Origin: Microthrixaceae bacterium
GTDB lineage: Bacteria; Actinomycetota; Acidimicrobiia; Acidimicrobiales; Acidimicrobilacustridaceae
Assembly (NCBI GenBank): GCA_947449015.1
Contig: CANFQA010000002.1
Span: 13,855 to 77,854 of the forward strand
Direction of reading: 5' to 3'
Length of the DNA: 64,000 bases
This document shows, one piece after another, positions 60,155-64,000 of the stretch. Position 1 is the stretch's first letter. Each line of letters starts with the position of its first letter. The position numbers and the translations under genes were made by a program. The notes beneath the pieces are model-generated. The model saw nothing but the letters and a program-made list of their open reading frames with translations. It did not search any database and had not been told where the DNA came from.

Positions 60155-61186
60155 ATGCAACTCGGAATGGTCGGTCTGGGTCGGATGGGCGCCAATATTG
60201 TTCGGCGACTCGTCTCCGATGGTCATACCTGTGTGGTGTTCGATGTGAATGCTGCCGCGGTCAATGCACTTGCCGCCGAGAGCGAGGCCATCACTGCTTC
60301 GGCTGATCTTGCCGACTTCGTGGCAAAGCTCGAGACACCGCGTTCGGCCTGGGTCATGGTGCCGGCCGCGTATGCCGGCTCCACGGTGCACGATCTCGCG
60401 GCATTGATGTCCGCGGGTGACGTGGTGATCGATGGTGGCAACACCTATTACCGCGACGACATCGATCGTGCCGAAGCACTTGCGCCACTCGGCGTCCACT
60501 ATGTCGATGTCGGTACCAGTGGTGGTGTGTTCGGTCTGGAACGAGGGTTCTGTCTCATGATCGGCGGCGAGGCCGAGGTGGTGGCGCGTCTCGAACCGAT
60601 CTTCCGAACGATGGCGCCCGGTGTTGGCGATGCCGAACGAACACCTGGTCGCACTGGCGACCTGTCACCCGAGGAGCAGGGGTATCTGCACTGCGGACCG
60701 GTGGGTAGCGGTCATTTCGTGAAAATGGTTCATAACGGAATTGAGTACGGGATGATGGCCGCGCTTGCTGAAGGACTGAACATCATCGAGCACGCCGATG
60801 TTGGTCGGGCCACTCACGAGGTCGATGCAGAAACGACACCTCTGCGCGATCCGAAGTACTACCAGTACGACATCGACACCCGCGCTGTTGCCGAGGTATG
60901 GCGGCGCGGCAGCGTGGTCGCCTCATGGCTTCTCGATCTCACCGCTGCTGCGCTGGTCGATGATCCGCAACTCGAGCAGTTTGGTGGACGCGTCAGCGAT
61001 TCCGGGGAGGGACGCTGGACCAGCCTCGCCGCCATCGATGAAGGGGTCCCGGCGCATGTGCTCACTGCAGCGCTCTACGAACGATTCAGTTCCCGGGGTG
61101 AGGCGACCTATGCCGACAAGTTGCTGTCGGCTATGCGCAAGCAGTTCGGTGGTCACGATGAGAAACCTGCGACCGGTGGTGCCTGA
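60155..61186 (+). CDS. gnd: 6-phosphogluconate dehydrogenase (decarboxylating), short type
   Basis: [46 protein letters not shown] and [10 protein letters not shown]. Confidence 0.95.
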   Translation: MQLGMVGLGRMGANIVRRLVSDGHTCVVFDVNAAAVNALAAESEAITASADLADFVAKLETPRSAWVMVPAAYAGSTVHDLAALMSAGDVVIDGGNTYYRDDIDRAEALAPLGVHYVDVGTSGGVFGLERGFCLMIGGEAEVVARLEPIFRTMAPGVGDAERTPGRTGDLSPEEQGYLHCGPVGSGHFVKMVHNGIEYGMMAALAEGLNIIEHADVGRATHEVDAETTPLRDPKYYQYDIDTRAVAEVWRRGSVVASWLLDLTAAALVDDPQLEQFGGRVSDSGEGRWTSLAAIDEGVPAHVLTAALYERFSSRGEATYADKLLSAMRKQFGGHDEKPATGGA

Positions 61187-62108
61187 GTCGTTGGACGCGT
61201 CTGGGGTCTTGGAGCCAGTCGAATCGATCACGCTGGTAGCCGGCGCCACCACAGCCACTGTGCTTCCACAACTGGGAATGGCTGTCTCCTCGCTGCAGCA
61301 TGACGGCGAGGAGTTTTTGAGTTTCCATGGTGGCCCCACCGCGCTGCGAGGGGGCCACACAACGGGCATCGCGTTGCTCTCTCCCTGGGCCAACCGATTG
61401 CGCGGACCCGACTATGAGATTGATGGACGGGTTGTCGGTGTGGTCGGTTCACCCGGGGTGCATCTCGATACCAACGGTCTGCCGATCCACGGCACAATGG
61501 TCGGTCGTGGCGGCTGGGAGGTCGGCCCCGCGCTCTCCGCCGGCGACCATGCGTCAATCACGGCGGTGTTTGACGCCGCCATTGACGATGAAGTCATGGC
61601 CTCGTTCCCGTTCCCACACCTCATCTCAGTGGAACTGGTTCTCACTCCGGCATCACTCTCGGTGACCACGACCATCACCGCCTCAGGGTCGGTTGCCGTG
61701 CCGGTGAGCTTCGGTTGGCATCCGTATTTCTGCCTCCCGACCGGGGATCGTGACACTTGGATGCTGGAGCTGCCCGAACGAAACCATCTCGAACTCGATG
61801 AACTGCAGTTACCGACTGGCGCCGTGTGCCTCGAAGCCCCCGAGACCATCACTTTGCAAGGGGTTTCGTTGGATGACGGATACGCGCTCGGAACCGACCG
61901 GCGCCTTGTTCTCAGCGGCCCGGGCCATCGGCTCACTGTCGCCTTGGATGAGGGGTACCCATTCGCTCAGGTCTACGCACCGATAGGTTCTTCATTTGTG
62001 GCTCTCGAGCCGATGACCGCATCCACTGATGCGCTCTCTCGGGCCGGAACCATCAGTGTTGAACCCGGAGATCACCACTCGGCCTGTTTCGTCGTGTCGA
62101 TCTCCTGA
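61179..62108 (+). CDS. Aldose 1-epimerase (GalM/YeaD) family protein
   Basis: [30 protein letters not shown] and [11 protein letters not shown] overlaps the gnd stop region. Confidence 0.85.
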   Translation: MPESLDASGVLEPVESITLVAGATTATVLPQLGMAVSSLQHDGEEFLSFHGGPTALRGGHTTGIALLSPWANRLRGPDYEIDGRVVGVVGSPGVHLDTNGLPIHGTMVGRGGWEVGPALSAGDHASITAVFDAAIDDEVMASFPFPHLISVELVLTPASLSVTTTITASGSVAVPVSFGWHPYFCLPTGDRDTWMLELPERNHLELDELQLPTGAVCLEAPETITLQGVSLDDGYALGTDRRLVLSGPGHRLTVALDEGYPFAQVYAPIGSSFVALEPMTASTDALSRAGTISVEPGDHHSACFVVSIS

Positions 62109-62121
62109 GCCGGAGGCCCCC

Positions 62122-63759
62122 ATGGTCGCAGTCCCCGAATCCATCGACCGCACCCCACAATGGTGGGCGCTGGCCGCACATCAGGCGGAGATTGCCGATG
62201 TGCACCTACGGGAGCTTTTCGCGGCCGATGTCAACCGGGGCGCACGCATGCAGCTCACTGTCGGTGATCTCCACGTCGACTACGCCAAGCATCGAATTGA
62301 TGACACCACGCTGTCATTGCTGTTCGACCTGGCGCGCGCTGCTGGAGTCGAGCAATTGCGCGATGCAATGTTTGCCGGAGAGCGGATCAACGTCACAGAG
62401 GATCGGGCCGCGCTGCACACCGCGCTGCGTGCGCCACGTGGAACAGTCGTTGAGTTCGAGGGCCGCGATGTTGTCGCTGATGTGCACGATGTCCTTGATC
62501 GCATGGCGTTGTTCAGCGAGAGTGTTCGTTCGGGTGATTGGGTCGGCGCGACTGGTCGTCGCATCCGCAGGGTGGTCAATATCGGTATCGGCGGAAGCGA
62601 TCTCGGTCCGCATATGGCGCATGACGCGCTGCTGCCGTTTGTCACCCCGGAGATCACCTTCACGTTCCTCTCCAACGTGGATGGCAATGAGTTTCATGAG
62701 CTCGTGCACGACCTCGATCCCGCTGAAACCTTGTTCATCATCGCCTCGAAGACCTTCACCACACTTGAGACAATGACCAACGCGAACTCTGCCCGGCGAT
62801 GGTTGTTGGACGCGCTGGGCGACGAGGCCGCGATCGCCCACCACTTTGTTGCCGTGTCAACTAATGCCGAGGCTGTTGGCGCGTTCGGGATCGATACACA
62901 CAACATGTTCGGATTCTGGGACTGGGTCGGTGGTCGCTACAGCGTTGATTCAGCTATCGGGCTGTCACTGATGATTGCGATCGGCCCTGAGCGATTCGCC
63001 GAGTTCCTCGCCGGCTTCCATCAGATCGATGAGCATTTCCGCACCGCGCCACTGGAGCGCAATCTGCCGGCAATCCTTGGTCTGATCAGCGTTTGGTACA
63101 ACAACTTCTTCGGTGCTCAGACACTCGCCGTGCTTGCCTACAGCCACTATCTCGGCCGGTTGGCGCCGTATCTCCAGCAACTCGCCATGGAGAGCAACGG
63201 CAAATCAGTGGATCGATGGGGGAGGCCGGTGGCCACCCAAACCGGTGAGATCGTCTGGGGCCAGCCCGGCACCAACGGTCAGCACGCGTTCTACCAACTG
63301 ATCCATCAGGGAACGAAGCTCATTCCTGCTGACTTCATCGGCGTGTCCCGACCCGCCCATGAACTCGACGTACACCACGACATCTTCATGGCCAACTTCT
63401 TCGCGCAGCCCGAGGCATTGGCCTTCGGCCGCACCGCCGAGCAGGTTGTGGCCGATGGCGTTGACGCCGCCCAGGTGTCGGCTCGCACCTTCGCCGGCAA
63501 CCATCCGACGACATCGATCCTGGTTCCGGAACTCACTCCGGCAGTGTTGGGTCAACTCATCGCGCTCTATGAGCACCGCACCTTTGTGCAGGGCGCCGTC
63601 TGGGGCATCGACAGTTTCGACCAGTGGGGAGTGGAACTGGGCAAGAAGTTGGCGCAGGCGATCATTCCCGAGCTCACGAACGACGCGGAGCCGTTGCTCA
63701 GTCACGACAGTTCGACGAACGAACTCATCCGCGCCTATCGACGCCAGCGTCGTGGCTGA
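62122..63759 (+). CDS. pgi: Glucose-6-phosphate isomerase
   Basis: [66 protein letters not shown] and DQWGVELGK. Confidence 0.97.
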   Translation: MVAVPESIDRTPQWWALAAHQAEIADVHLRELFAADVNRGARMQLTVGDLHVDYAKHRIDDTTLSLLFDLARAAGVEQLRDAMFAGERINVTEDRAALHTALRAPRGTVVEFEGRDVVADVHDVLDRMALFSESVRSGDWVGATGRRIRRVVNIGIGGSDLGPHMAHDALLPFVTPEITFTFLSNVDGNEFHELVHDLDPAETLFIIASKTFTTLETMTNANSARRWLLDALGDEAAIAHHFVAVSTNAEAVGAFGIDTHNMFGFWDWVGGRYSVDSAIGLSLMIAIGPERFAEFLAGFHQIDEHFRTAPLERNLPAILGLISVWYNNFFGAQTLAVLAYSHYLGRLAPYLQQLAMESNGKSVDRWGRPVATQTGEIVWGQPGTNGQHAFYQLIHQGTKLIPADFIGVSRPAHELDVHHDIFMANFFAQPEALAFGRTAEQVVADGVDAAQVSARTFAGNHPTTSILVPELTPAVLGQLIALYEHRTFVQGAVWGIDSFDQWGVELGKKLAQAIIPELTNDAEPLLSHDSSTNELIRAYRRQRRG

Positions 63760-63780
63760 ACTGAACTGAACCGAACCGAA
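63756..63780 (+). repeat. Pentanucleotide tandem repeat (CYGAA)x5
   Basis: CTGAA CTGAA CTGAA CCGAA CCGAA, spanning the pgi stop. Confidence 0.8.
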
Positions 63781-63832
63781 TCAGTCGCCGGCGAGCTGGA
63801 CGAGGTCGCAGCCACGCAGCGAATGAGCTGGC

Positions 63833-64000
63833 TTAGCGGGTGTGGTGCGACTCCGGCAGGTGGCTGAGGTCGGAAAAACGGAACAGGCTGAATGAGTGCC
63901 GGCCGGCAATATCGATGGGGCGCACCACGCTGACCGACGCGTGGAATGCCACGAATCGCTCCCATTCCCAGGGCACTGGATCGATGCCAAGGAGATGGCC
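63833..64000 (-). CDS. C-terminal end of a probable histidine phosphatase family protein (truncated by the window)
   Basis: Frame not in the ORF track reads GHLLGIDPVPWEWERFVAFHASVSVVRPIDIAGRHSFSLFRFSDLSHLPESHHTR*, resembling the C-terminal ...hAS(I/V)S...(N/S)DxxHL of histidine phosphatases. Confidence 0.5.
   Translation of the reverse strand, partial: GHLLGIDPVPWEWERFVAFHASVSVVRPIDIAGRHSFSLFRFSDLSHLPESHHTR

Noticed and set aside
63781-63990. 69-aa minus-strand ORF from the track
   Set aside because: The alternative minus frame ending at 63833 reads as a much more plausible protein C-terminus.

Overview
GC-rich actinobacterial chromosome segment. The gene set and protein style suggest class Acidimicrobiia; this is an inference, not a database result. 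Most of the window is the conserved actinobacterial core: mrp, DUF3107, PdtaS-like kinase, whiB1-like, DAGK-like, etfBA, the SCO1664/DUF3090/phosphatase trio, tRNA-Arg(CCG), murA, argS-lysA-hom-thrC, rho, rpmE, prfA-prmC, menB, glyA, wecA-like and the full F1Fo ATP synthase operon, followed by lipid/aromatic catabolism genes, ppk2 and gnd-galM-pgi. The main anomaly is a ~3.1 kb lower-GC islet directly after atpC, bounded by a 100-bp direct repeat (98/100 identical) that duplicates the last 33 nt of atpC plus 67 nt downstream. It has no integrase and carries four co-oriented genes: an XRE-HTH/IrrE(ImmA)-type metallopeptidase fusion, a DUF4417 protein, a small very basic 'MGGG' protein and an overlapping acidic protein. 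I infer a candidate protease-controlled toxin/immunity or anti-phage module. Other points of interest are an ApgM-like gene where thrB usually sits, a His-periodic C-terminal tail on ATP synthase gamma, a Rex-like operator on the atp promoter, a perfect CRP/Rex-type site in the whiB1/GDPD intergenic region, an orphan FrhB-family protein and paired palindromic operators before a heteromeric acyl-CoA dehydrogenase pair. All family assignments are by eye from motifs, without searches. Several starts were moved from the ORF track to more plausible downstream codons.
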